Translations under genes and position numbers: made by a program | Shown here: positions 11,457 to 24,739 of the stretch, piece by piece | Numbering within the stretch: the first letter of the stretch is position 1 | Layout: every line of letters begins with the position of its first letter | The notes under the pieces: model-generated | What the model was told of the DNA's origin: nothing | The model's input: the letters and a program-made list of their open reading frames with translations, nothing else | Databases searched by the model: none | From: Octopus sinensis | Taxonomy: Eukaryota | Length of the DNA stretch: 64,000 nucleotides | Direction of reading: 5' to 3' | Assembly (NCBI RefSeq): GCF_006345805.1 | Contig: NC_043008.1 | Location: 27,590,001 to 27,654,000 of the forward strand

Positions 11457-14400
11457 TTAGTAGGGCGGGGTAAGGGGTCCTGTCACGGCATCATTCCGCA
11501 AAAGAAAAATATGTGTCCATCTAGAGATATTTGCTGGAACAGTAGGAGAAATGAACTGGTCACGAGATGCCATGGCTAGAAGATCCGAGGAGTAAGAACC
11601 ATGTCCGGTGATGTACGACGTAGGATCCGGCTGCGGTGGATCGACTGGTGCTAACATTTGACCAAGAAGCGCCAAAGTGGTATCGTAAAAGATTTCGGCT
11701 GAGGAGCAGCACAAATGCGCCTTAAAATCGGACCGACAACCTAGGAGAACGATAGGAAGAAATTCAGTCCATTGCTGTGGATCCGGAGCAGTGCGAAGTG
11801 CTGCCTTTAACTGCCTATGCAATCTCTCTACCATTCCATTCGAGGTTGGGTGGTAACTAGTTATATGAATTTGTTATACACTGCGTAGCCGTGAAAGTTC
11901 ACAGTAAAGGAAGGCTTCGAATTGGAGTCCACGATCAATGGTTTTACTTGAGGAGAAGCCAAAGTGAGCAATCCAAACTGAGATGAGAGCTCAAGCCTCA
12001 GACTCGGCAGTAATATCTACCAGGGGTGTGGCCTCTGGCCATCGGAAGGAACCGATCAATAGAGGTCAAAATGTATGTGAAACCGGAACTGACGGACTGG
12101 GACCAACGAGATCAATATGGATGTGTCAGAAGTGAGTGTCTGGCGGATTGAAATGTCCTATGTACCTTGTAGTTCTGACATTGCAATCAAGAACGCACCC
12201 AAGCGGTGATTGTACAACGCATATCAGGCCGTGATAAGTTTCACCGTGGCAGCAATGCTTGGATATGACGACGAGTGCAGAGCGTCGAAAGTGATGCGGC
12301 GATGACGATCAGGAACGAGAGCGGTCTGGGTGTACCAGCGGAAACATTGCAGAGGTTGTTCCCCTCAGCGGACAGAAGCGACAGGTATTCAAACTTGCAG
12401 CAGGAAAACTGAGCAAAAGAAATGTTAAGCGAATCCAAGGAAGGCTGGTCTGAAGCAATGGTGATCAGATCAATCGTAGCAGGAAACGGAAGAGAACACA
12501 GAGGAAGGGTAGGCAAAGCACCAGCAGGTATAAATCAATATAGCATATGCCACTGATGATCTGAGAAATGAAGTCCAAGTGTCTCTATGCCCTCGGTGAG
12601 TAATTCTCCGACTTGGATTATATCGCGTATGCGAGCGGCTTATGGTCCGTGAATATCGTGAATTCTCGACCTTCAAGGAGGTTGTGGATGTATCTCACAG
12701 TAAGATAAATAGCTAACATCTCTCTTTCGAACGTGCTATACTGTTGTTCGGCTGGTTGCAGTCGATGTGAGAAAAAAGCTAGTAGTTAAGTATCCTGGTT
12801 GAAGGTCTGTTGCAATACAGCACCAATTCCAAAATTTGATGCATCACATGTTAAGAATAGTTCTGCGTTCGCTTTAGAATGAGCGAGTAGGGAAACCTGA
12901 GCAAGATGAGATTTGTCAGATTCAAAAACTGCAAAGCGTCGGAAAAAAGAGAAATAGGAAAATCCTTCTTTTTCTTGTCCTTCAAAAGCTGAGTCAAGGG
13001 AAACAACTTGTCCGCACAATGAGAAATGAAGCAACGGTAGTAGTTTATTAACCCTAGGAAAGGACGTAACTGTTTCAAGGAGGGAGGGGGATGTGAAAAT
13101 TGCTGAATCGCTTCCACCTTCGCTTGCAGAGGCTGAATGCCTTTAGAGTCTACAAGATGTCCCAGGAACTCCAATGAGGTTGTACTAAACACACAATTTG
13201 CAGGGTTGACTTTGACATTGAACGACTGGAGACACTGGAATAACTGAGATAGGTGTTGATGATGATGTGCATTGTGTCACGGGCTATGAAATCTCATCCA
13301 CGTAAGAAAAACGAAATCCATCCCATGAATGACTTCATCAATGAGCCGCTGGAAAGTACTGGCGGCATTGTACAGTCCAAATGGCATGGATAAGAACTCG
13401 TACGAGCCAAATGGAATAGCCATGGCATTTTTAGGGATGTTTGCCGGGTTCACTGGTATTTGGTAGTATGCATTTACCTGGTCAATCTTGGAAGAAACGG
13501 TGCATACATGTAAAGCAGATGAAAAATATTAGATTAGGCAAATCCTAGAGGACGAAAATCCATTTAAACTCTCTACGTAGAGACAAATCTACAGATAAGG
13601 AAATATTTCCGTAAGTCCGAATAGTAGAGTGGTTAACAGCATATAAAGAAATATCGGAAGGTTGAGGCCTTTTCGAGGTGAAACGTAAAGGCAAAATGCT
13701 GACGCCGGCTCCCGTGTCGACCATGAAAAGTTTAGAGTACTTGACGTTTCTAACAAAAAATGCATGATGCAGGAGGACTGATGATATGCTCAGGGTCTCC
13801 CCGGTCTATGTTCCCTATTGGTAGTGGGAGCAAGGCTTTCTACACTGACGGCACACTGCCGAGAAGAAGAGCGATGTTTAAAACGATTCCTGGAAGACGA
13901 TCGGGAAAAAAGAGGAACGCACACGACACAACCACAAAACGTGTTGCGCCAAGTCCTTAATTGCCTTCTGGGTTTTTGCTTGTGATGCCACACCGGTTGA
14001 TGAAGAATTTCGTGTAACTGTAGACGAAGTGATAAATACTAATTTTTCAGCGAACGAGGCAGACCTGGGGAATTCCAGGATGTTACCGTAGACGTAGCTA
14101 TTGAAGCTATCTACCCTCTTTCATAGGCGCTATGAAATTGTATGGCAGCCGAGAGAAAAACAGATCCTTCATGAATGAATTTACTTCTTTTGAGCTGTCG
14201 GCCAACAGACGAACTCTGCGCAAAAATTCTGTTAGGATTCTATCCCCCAAGTGGTCGTCCTCCAAGAGCAGACGAATGCAGACTCCTGGAGGATTTAGAA
14301 TTCCTTCGAAAGACCTATGCTTTTATACTGTCGTAGGAAGTGGCATGTATGAGATTAGGTCTCTGACGGTAAGCGCTAACGTCGAAGGAATACCACTCAA

Positions 14401-14500
14401 TACGATGTGCAATCTCTGTTGAGCCCACTGAATGTTATTGGATATCATTCCAGCTGTGCAGACCACATCTTAGGACAGCCATGACAGCGGAGCAGAGTGA
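11457..14500 (-). mobile_element. Decayed Ty3/Gypsy LTR retrotransposon internal region (gag, protease, RT, RNase H, integrase)
   Basis: Read on minus: gag PKMWSAQLE (about 14450) and IRLLLEDDHLGDRILTEFLRRVRLLA (about 14230); protease FMVDTGAGVSILP (about 13710) and IRTYG..LSVDL.LRREFKWIFV; RT KIDQVNAYYQIP, PFGLYNAASTFQR, YVDE, EFLGH; RNase H CDASNFGIGAVL and FTIFTDHKPL; integrase HIHIDLVGP, IDRG.QF, YHPTSNGMVERLHRQLK. Many stops. The RT N-terminus is deleted. No LTR pair found. Confidence 0.93.
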
Positions 14501-16784
14501 TGTGACTCATCTTCGGCGGGGAAAGAACGGTCGTAACAGCTATAACTGGTTGGTCAAAGAAATATTCCATGGAGAAATTCCACACGTCGGGCTGTTTCAA
14601 TTTGGAGTCGATTCAGATTATGCATTTCACCTCGTAAAATATCATCGCGATATTACTGTTTAATGGGCAAGAAATGGCGTAGGAACTTTCTCATAACCAA
14701 GAGGTATGTCCTTTTTTCTTACCAGATTCACTACTTTAGCGAGTTGGTCATTGGTGTAAGAGAACTTGACCGCTGAAAACAGTCATAGATACCCACATTT
14801 GATAGAGCTGATAATGTATAGGCAATCATGAAGTTGAACGTCGTGAATCATATAGCAGGCAATGGCTGTTGAAGCATGTAGATATATATACACGGGGTCG
14901 TCACTTTAGTGAGGGGCCGTGGATGCGTGTTCTAAGTCCGTGTCACTACTCTAGCGATGGATGTCGCTAATGAAAACGTCAACTTAACTACTTGGACTGA
15001 GTCATTAATTCAACAGCTGTGAAATGCCTCTGGTGCATTAAGAGACAACACTCTTGTCCATACGAGAACAACTTCGTGTCCAAGGTTTTATTCAGATGTG
15101 TAACAAACGAACTGATAAAACTGTTCAATAAAGTTATCTGGGATGAAGAGAAAGGTTCTGAACATCTTGGAATTTTCCACGATGACAATGAGAAAATAGA
15201 AGGAATTCAAACTACAAAGATTATTTTCACACAGGCACTAGGAGTAGAATACCACAGCGAGTCGATGGTATGAAATAAATATCGAATCCATGCGCTTGGC
15301 TCTCTCTCCGAAGTTGACCTTGTCGCGTCGTAGAGAAAAAAAGAGGAAGTGCATTCTGTTTACGCTCTTCAATAAGTGATATGTTACTAAGCCCTCCTAT
15401 GTGTCCTTTAGTAGATACGGCTTGTTAGCTAGCATCGGGGAAGCTAAACACTTTCGCTTGGTTTGCTCTAGAACATTTGACCAGGGGAGATAACTGTCGT
15501 CCCTCCCAATGGATATAATGTGGACTTATGAATCTGCTTCAGTAAGCCTAGACTACACACACACACTCACATACATACACATATACAATAGCCGCAGACA
15601 TGTATACCCTCATACAAATATACAAATAAATATATACATATATAAATATATATATGCACATAAACACACACACACACACACACCACACACACATAAAGCA
15701 ATTAAGATTCAAGTCAATTCTAATGAATTCACTTGAATGCGGTACTTAACTTAGATGCACCAGAAAACTATATGGTGTTAACCATACAGTAGTGTGGGGT
15801 GATTATAAACGAGAAAGAAGCAACAAGAATGGATTAGAGCAATGCCGTATAAAAATAATAGAGTTGGTTGCCAACTCTGCTCCATGGAGACGTATGAAAT
15901 TCTAAAGCATAGAAAGAATAAGGGTTTGTTAAATAACCATATTGAATTAGGTCAATTTTGTGTCCACGCAAAATTGAAGACTCTAAAATATTTTAAATGA
16001 ATAACAGTATAGAATAATCGTAAGAAGATAGATAGATAGATCTAGCTTGTTTTTTACTAGTATAGCATAACTTTAATTTTTTAAGTAGATAACTGCGTGC
16101 TCTCACACTACAGTTATCTCTTTCTCTATAATTGCACCTGATTTTGAACACAAGGAAACAAATAGTACTTGTACGTTGCTTAAATGAAGTTTTAAATTGA
16201 CTTCATAGTTAATTTTAAATTTTAATTTTTTAATTTTTAATTTTTAATTTAATCTAATTTAGGTAACACAACTTAAATAAAATAAGTTACTAAGGCTTCA
16301 TAATTCTATTACAAAATTAAATAAGTAATGCTGCACCCTTGAAAGTAGTATAAGAAATTTCAATATAATAAGCAATTCCCCCACACCTTGTAAACTTACT
16401 TCTAAGTATTGACCTGTAGTCGGTCAATGTATAGATAGTAACGACAACAATTTAAGACAGTAACAGTAATTAATAAATAAATAAATTTAAATGACCTGTT
16501 GCTAGTATTGCACTTATTTTCTCTTAATATATTTTCTCTTAATGTATTTCCATTTGATGATAGCCTTTGACCCCTCTATCCCTGACCTTGTTATCTCTTT
16601 AGATTCTAGTATCTGCTATCAGCTACGTCAGGTTGGCAATAAATAGCTGTTTACTGGTCAAAAATAATATTCTCCTTATAGTTCTTAGATTCCTGCAAAT
16701 TCGAAGCCAGTCAGGCTGTCTACAAACTTTTCTGTGTAGTAGGTTACCTGCGACCCTTTTCCCTCTCAGTTGTCACAGTATACT

Positions 16785-16975
16785 CTATGTGGGCGTTTTT
16801 CTTCTTTTTTTTCTTTTTTTCTTTTTTCCCCTTTTTTCTTTTTTCTTTTTCTTTTTTTCTTTTCTTCTCCCCTTTTTTCCTTTTTCTTTTTTCTTTCTTT
16901 TTTTCTTTTTTTCTTTTTTTTCCTTTTTCCTTGTTTCTTTTCTTCTCTTTCCTTTCTTTTCTTTTCTTTGCTCCA
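16785..16975. repeat. Polypyrimidine low-complexity tract (T-rich, CT)
   Basis: Directly visible. Source of the poly-F/K ORFs. Confidence 0.95.
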
Positions 16976-17039
16976 CAAAAATTCCTTCAGCCTTTAGAAA
17001 TCATAACATAGCAATCTTGTGAAGAGAACAGTAATGTGG

Positions 17040-17440
17040 TAAATACCTTATCATATAGCATGAAATTATACCCACCTCATTGTGGATTAACCATGGATAA
17101 ATTCATCGCCTGTGAGTATGAAACACCTCCTCATATCTCTGGAAATATACACCTACACTACGGATTAATTCACCTTCTCTGTGAAGCTAATAAGCTTTTT
17201 TAAAACCTGTGATAAGACTGTGCATCATCATTAAAGAACTTCGGAAGTCTGTTTACAACCTGAATCTGCTTTTAATGAAATTATCTCCAATACTTCATGA
17301 GTGTAGCCTCACCCACTAAGATGTTTGGAGAACTCATATGTGTTTTAGCTGATGAGTACGGGACACTTTTATCTGCTGCAATATTTGCAACTTTTAATAA
17401 AGCCTGTCTTTGTATGAAACAATTGTACTAAAAACTAATC
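17040..17440 (-). mobile_element. hAT (Charlie-like) transposase remnant
   Basis: Minus strand gives HCFI.RQALLK (CxxH motif) followed, across frameshifts, by NFIKSR and degenerate downstream residues, as in Charlie/SPIN-type transposases. Confidence 0.55.
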
Positions 17441-17461
17441 CATTCTTGTTGCTTCTTTCTC

Positions 17462-17495
<34 letters not shown>

Positions 17496-17759
17496 CATAA
17501 CTTATATACGCATACAAATATATTTAAAAACTGTGGTATAGATTGAATGAAATCAATTATAAAATGAAATAAATGCTAAACATTTTGTTTAATGTAATAA
17601 TTTAGTGTAATATAAATCTAATTATCCCCTCGGCGAAATTTAAATCAGTAAACTTTACAACTGGCGAAAATCTCCAACTCATTAGCTGATAACACTAAAT
17701 TTCTTTCAGAACCATCGGTAAGTTGAAAAATGTACAATAAATGTAATACTAAATGATAT

Positions 17760-18460
17760 CTGCTTTTAGGTGCAAATCCAAATATTTTTCTTGCGGTATT
17801 GATATGCAGTATTTTTATACCTCGTAGCGTGTCTGTAGGAATTTAAAAGCTCCCGTCCTTGGTACCATGCATATTTATCCTGGAACAGGATGCAGAGATT
17901 TCCAGTCAGGCACAAACTGCACCTTATTGGGCATTTATATGCTTCATGCTTATATGGTGCTGCTTTCCACAAAATTGCCCAGCTGATTTTGAAAAGACGG
18001 GTATCATTTTCTTTCAATTACCAAACATGTTTAGCAAAACTCGTTGCTGTCCTATTTTCGGGGCATCGAAATGAATTCCGGTGGGAATATAATCTAGTCT
18101 GAAAGGAATTTGCCGATGCTCCTGTATATGTCTTGTATTCTGTGAGCCATCTGTTTGTAATCTCCAGGGATACAGGCATCCAGCAACAGGACCTCCGTAA
18201 TGCCATGATGGACCGTGAAGTCTGGCGTAGCATGGTAAATTCCATTGTCTCGACCACAGTCGAACAATGATGATGATGACGTACTTTAGCTCTACAAACT
18301 ATTCATTTCTCAAGACAATTTCCATCTAACAGACAGCAATTTTAATCTTTGAAATTACAAATCTTTTACTTATTTCCGGCACTGTGGTTGCTTCTAATAA
18401 TTTTCGTGTTGTGATTCTTAATTAAAGATGCGAATCGCTTGCAAGAGAAATAGCTAACCT
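17760..18460 (-). mobile_element. Penelope-like element GIY-YIG endonuclease remnant
   Basis: VSYFSC...LIKNHNTKII...ICN..NCCLLDGNCLE..IVCRAKV, then YKTYTGASANSFQTRLYSHRNSF...TSFAKHVW*LK...ISWAILWKAAPY...RCSLCLT...RELLNSYRH. Confidence 0.85.
18157..18279 (+). mobile_element. 3' end of an RTE-clade LINE nested in the Penelope remnant
   Basis: SRDTGIQQQDLRNAMMDREVWRSMVNSIVSTTVEQ** followed by a (TGA)n tail. It splits the GIY-YIG reading frame. Confidence 0.7.
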
Positions 18461-19097
18461 TCAGCGTTCTCCTATTAAAAAAAATTATAGGACTTATGGT
18501 TTTCGTGAAAGAGCTTAGAAACTAGATTCAAGAATTCTGTATCTATATTAGTTTTTATGGCAATGTTAAATGTTGGATTAAACCTCAAACGTACCTAGTT
18601 CTAGTTCTAGGGCTTCTGTTATTGTTTGTATTGCTTTGGCTATACTGGATCTTCTCCGAGAATCCGCTGTTCCTTAATGCATTATTATTATAAGGTGCAG
18701 CATTTTTAAACGCTGTCATGCTTGAAGATATGGATGATATGCACCTTCCAGTAATTTCTAACTAAAATCTTAAGTATTTAACTCTTTGTTGATATAAAAT
18801 ATGCTTTTTATTAGGCCTACGGTAGGGTCTAAAGTTATCTGAATGCAATTCTAAGTTAATATCTAAAAAAAGTCTACACTATTTAGGTTAGCATCTATCG
18901 TTATCCGTAAGCCCATTCTATGGACGAAAGTAAAAATATTCTTCCTAAGGCTAACTTATGGCCGTTCATATTACGGGTAACTATAAGATCGACAACCATG
19001 TATAATCCTGCATCTATAAAAGGGAATATGTATGTGTGTGTGAATGTGTACGTGCGTGTGCGCGCGCGTGTGTGTATACACACACACACACACACAC

Positions 19098-19462
19098 ATT
19101 TACGGTAGCTTTTCCCGAATCGCTAAGATGAAGGGTCGTAAATACAACACTGGTTGTCAAGCGGTGATGGAATGGACAGACACAAACACAGGACATATAT
19201 ACACAAGCACATACACAGAAACACATTCTTTTATTCCTTTACATGTTTCAGTCATTTCACTGCAGTCATGCTGGAGCACCACCTTTAGTCGAACAAATTG
19301 ACCCTAGGACATACGCACATCATCATCGGTTGTCAAGCCATGGTGGGAGGATAAAAACAGACACACAAGCATAAACATAAACATGTATATATAAACAGCG
19401 GGCTTTTTCAGTTTCCGTCTACCAAATCCATTCACTAGGCATTGGTCAGCCAACGTCCAAGC
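19098..19462 (-). mobile_element. Two fragmented family-2 SINE copies
   Basis: Reverse complements of segments of 10845-11220 (tttcagtttccgtctaccaaatcc, ggttgtcaagc, gctggagcacc). Confidence 0.8.
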
Positions 19463-21830
19463 GTTATTTGCATCATCTACCTTGTATCTTCATCAACAAA
19501 TTTTCAACTGTCGATATTAGCATGAAGGATTTCAAAATGTAAATAAGCATCACAGTGGAGCTTGATTCATGCTAAAGGTGGATCAACATGCCTCAGAATA
19601 TGACATCACGCACATATGATAATACTTTTAGTACTCTCATAAAGAAAGGAGGCAGGTGATATGATGACACAGAAGTCATCTATTGTAGGAAAATCGTAAT
19701 ATATGAGTTTCTGTAATATCATTATTGCTATTCCGAAACAATCGACAATTATCACCGTTTTTAACCCCGTGAGGAGCCTTCTCCAGCAGATCATCGGTAA
19801 AATCTGCACCCAGTAGATATTGCCAGGAGGCGCACAAAGCCCTACTAATGTGGTAACAGACGACGGGACCACAAGACCATACTGTTTCCGTCTATTTGAG
19901 CTCATACTCAATGGTGGGCACCTGACCGCTAGACATAACAGTAAATTCGCTCCAGCTCGTAATATATAGAATATTATGTGACAATCCGTCATTCATCTTG
20001 CAAGAAGCAAAGTAGATAGTTGAAAATTCATTATAAGTAATGAAAGTAGTAACTACACTGAGAAGTAATGTTTATCACCACATCAAAATATCTGTTTCGT
20101 AGGAATCGACGTTATTACCGTTTTTAACCCGTGGAAGAGCTTTTTTCGATTGGTTAGCGATGCAGTCTGTACTCGATATATATTGCAAGGGTGTAAAACC
20201 CTACCATCATGTAGCAGACAACCGTATCACAAGACCGTACGGTTTCGGGTTATTTGTGCAGAGTGCATCAATAACCAGCTGGAGGAGGCTCCTACCAGGG
20301 TTTAAGACGGTAGTAATGTCGTTTCCTATGGAATAGCCATATTGAGTTGCCGATTAACAGCTTCCCAGTAGAATTATTAATTTAATTTCTTATAGAGATT
20401 TCTAACAAGCAACTTTGCTTGTTGAAATAATTAATATTAAAACTGCTCCGTATTTCTTGAGAATTATATAATTAGGAATATTTCTTCTCCACTTAGGCTC
20501 AGAAATAGTGGAATATGTCACGGGTGGACAAGGTATTTGTCATATACTGCAGGTGTTTTTGGTTGGACGCATCACATGAAAATTGATTTTAGCGATACAC
20601 ACTTAAATTTAAATTCCTTTTTAAGAATGCCTCACTAAAAATTATTCGAAAAACCTGAAATATCAGATAAAATAAATAAATTCCTTTAATTTCTTCAAAC
20701 GTTGCCTTTAATCTTTTGTATAACCATGTGGAATACAACGCGTTTTAATGGGAAACAGAAATTGTAGTTACAAGGTTGAACACTGACACTCATTACTTTA
20801 GAAATAATCAAGATCATTAATTTGGTATGTATAATGTGTCATATAATGTATCCTTGTAATAAATGTGGAAATATTTTAATTATATCTCTGTCGAATTTAA
20901 TTAGAGTTATAAAATCACTGCTTTTCTCAAGCTTTCAAATGGATTACCGTGATTTCTCAGAATTATAACGTGCAGTCGAATCAGTATATCTTTGCTTTAG
21001 AAAGCTTTATCACCCCCACTGAATGCTACATCTGTGATTTGTGTTGCTTTTTATATAATGAAATTATGAGTCATTTCCTCTGTGTAAAATATTTAGGACT
21101 TATTTGTGTTAGTGATTTTGCAATGTTATATGAAATAGTGGCACCGGCATATAGATTTATTACGATATCTGCTTCGAACAACCAGAGTAAATCCAACTGA
21201 ATGTAAGTGTGCGCTAGTTTTTGTCTTTTCACCAAATCTTGAGAGTGACTTAAGAGAGACAATGTGGCGGGACACATTTAGAGATGCAAAATATATTATG
21301 TATCTGTAAACTACACAGTGGCACGTTGATTTGTTTGAAGAATACACGGCATGCTTATAAGTCTTTCGATTATTAGAGAGATAATCTATTAATGAATTGT
21401 ACAGTACACATATCGCCGAAATAGAGGGATGATCACTAACTACATATTTGTTAATTTAAGATATTTTATACAGGAAATACAGAAGTAAATAAAGAAAAAA
21501 AATTGTTCATTTGTTTTTATTTGTGCTTGTGTGTAATGTGAGGGCAAAAACTACCTAGATATTATATGGTCAAACATGTTCTATAGAGAGTTCGTTAATA
21601 TCATTATATAGTGAGTTATTCACAAAGATATGTATTCCATAATGCGTGTATCTAAAATATGTTGTTCGAAGAAGCTTCATATAACTGAAGAAATCGCATG
21701 TAGCTCATTCGCACGTGGCTTTTGCATTTATGAACGTTTGAACATGTGTAAGACGAAATGCTGCAGACTGCATTCAAAACAAACGGCAGTCATTAAAGCT
21801 CTAGTATCTTACTATAATGTTTATATTTCT

Positions 21831-21945
<115 letters not shown>

Positions 21946-23738
21946 GATTAATCTCCAGAAATCAACTCACACGTGTAGCCATTGAATATTGAGAACACCT
22001 CTAATACGTCATGTGACCTTACCAATATCGATTTGACACAAGATGTGGATTAACTTCCGGGCACATTTTACACAAATCTGAAAAGTAATTACATATTCTG
22101 TACTGCAGCCGCTAAAAGTTTGAACATAGCTCACGGGAGAAGACACTAACTTATGAAGTAGCGACGAACCAGACGAACCAGGCTATGGGAAACTGTTCTT
22201 TCAGAAACGCTTGAATTTGATGAAATGGCAGCTAAATCCCTTTTAGTTTCAATCACACCGGTTACAAAAGAATACGTGATTCATCTGGTAATCTGGAAAA
22301 ATATTGACTGGAAGATCTCTGTTCTCATTACTGCCAATCTTGTGTTGTATACTGTTAAGTTTCAATTGTAAGTATGTAGATATAATCAACTCTCTCGGTA
22401 CACTTTATAAGAGCAAATTCATATAGGTGTAAATGGGAATATGCTAAATAAGAGAATAACAATTGCATTAATTTAAAAATGATATTGCTTCTTAAGCAAG
22501 AAGGAGAAAACCAAAGCTGACTCTAAACTTATATGAAGTATTATCATTAAAAATGATAATTAATTACATAAAACTATAGATGTTTTTTAATTGTAGATCA
22601 ATATCTATTGCATTTTGAGTTATTATTTCTCCAATGACATAGAGGGTAGATTTATGTTTTTGACAAAAAGTTTCTATTTCTTTCTTGTGCTACATAACAA
22701 AATTTGTAAACTGTGAAAACAAAAAATGTCATCCCAGTAGAGACACCAGCTTCCTTTGGAATTCTTTACTGATTCGGTGTAAAATATGCATGCACACGAG
22801 GTCCGTAACTTGCCCCGAGTAACTATTAATATGGATATTAAGAGATTCTATCCTTAACGTTTTTCCAATAAACATTACTTTACTAGTAACTAATAGCAAT
22901 ATTACTCTTAAAGAGTTAGAACCTACTATATAGTAATATAGCAAGCAATAGGAGGAAATATGATGCACTTATTTTCAGCTACGCCCTTCCCACACGATTT
23001 GATTGTGTATATATTCTAAAATAAATCAGAAAAATATTCCAAAGACTCCGAGGAGATTTGTTCGATAGTTGAATGTCGCAAAAGTCTTTGACAAATTGTT
23101 CGGATAATGGATCGATTCAGTAGCAAACCACAGTAATGAATGCAGCTCAGTGAAATATCTGAAGCACATGTAAGTAAATAAAGTATCACATGACTATAAA
23201 TCTCCATTGTTTATTTCATTACTGATATATTCTGTCATACATGCACCAAATTATTAATCGGTGGTGAACTTCGGATTTACAGATTTCACCTGTCACATAG
23301 TAGTTATAACCAATACAGAAATATATAATTTCGAACAGGACATCCTGTTAGAGGTGTTTATTACGCTGAACAATTATCGACGTATTCACTTGTTATTATT
23401 TAATACTTACTTTGTTTCATTTTGTATGAGTGTGTATGCACATTTATATTTGTGCATGAGTGTTCACGTGTGTGCATGTATGTTTGTGCGTATGTGTGTA
23501 TGTGCGTCCGTGTGTGTGTGTGTGAGTGTGTGTATGTGTTTGTATGCATACACAAAGAAATGTTAAGCGCTCTCTTCAAGCTTTAATGCCTGCGAAGGAT
23601 GCATTATAAACACGTTGAAGTAAAACTTCGTTTCTGTAAATAGAGGATACATGCACAAACACGCACGCACGCATGCGCACACACACATGTACTAACGCAC
23701 ACTTATATACATATATAAACATATACGTAAATTTAAGA

Positions 23739-24094
23739 GAGTTACCGTTAAGTGGTTAACTCTAGTGCTAGAAATAGCTCCTTATTCTGGTATAGCCACC
23801 GAAATAGTTTCCATAAAAGAAATAACATTACCTTCAACGTATGGAAAGCGAAATACAACGAAAAGATAAATTAATGCTGAACAATTGTTATTTTATCAAC
23901 ATAATATGCAATTATACTCACATATTTATCTATAAATCATCAGCAGCATTTCTTTTCGATACAATTTATTAGACCATCACGGGCGATAAATACCCATGCG
24001 GTCCAATCGATTGCATACATAGTTGTATACATAGTGGCTATACCAGAATAAGGAGCTATTTCTAGCACTAGAGTTAACCACTTAACGGTAACTC
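23739..24094. mobile_element. MITE-like element with perfect 61-bp inverted repeats
   Basis: 23739-23799 (gagttaccgttaagtggttaac...ggtatagccac) is the exact reverse complement of 24034-24094. Weaker similarity (tatacgtaaat) extends outward. Confidence 0.8.
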
Positions 24095-24739
24095 AATTAT
24101 ATTTACGTATAAATTTGTATTGTCTCCCTGGTTTTTTTGTCCTAGGCCACTTGGTGTTAAAATGATAGCATTATTAAATTAATATCTAATCTTTCACCCT
24201 CATTTATGAATATCTAAACAAATATATATACATACATAAATACATAGGCGCGCACACACACACACATTTATGGTGAATGAGACACAGAAGATGACATATG
24301 CGACAATTTCTATTACTCACTACAATTGTTTCAGGAGCTCCCGACGTTGCAGTTGTGTTTCTTCGGTTGATAAATAGATATTGCTCACACAAACTCATGT
24401 ATATACACGCCTCCCGGTAAAAAGTGTTAGTATAGCCATTATAAATATACCAGTAGCCGGTCGACAGGAAGGTCAAAAGGTCGAGACAATGTGTAGACTG
24501 TGTTGATAGCCGTGTCTGTGCTGATATAGTAAATTATACTGTGATACTCTGTGGACGTTATATCGATACAACCTTTTGAGGATAACATTGTACGATTTTG
24601 GGTCGTACAGAGCCAGATAGAAGCATTCTATCGACGACTACAGAATATAACAATATCTGACAGAGCGACAATCCGTCGTCAAAAGACAGATACAATAGTG
24701 GCAAAAGACCACTTTACAACAAAACAGGCTACGCTAGGT

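Noticed and set aside
14500-15540. LTR and primer-binding site of the Gypsy element
   Set aside because: A PBS-like cggggtcgtcac (about 14894) and a terminal actaca (about 15538) are present, but no matching second LTR could be found left of the integrase.
22700-23210. GPCR-like snippets (NLLISILIVTRGKLRTS; SKEFQRKL), with similar hints at 28.4 kb and 60.8-62.2 kb
   Set aside because: Motifs are in inconsistent order or overlapping frames, compatible with chance in AT-rich DNA.
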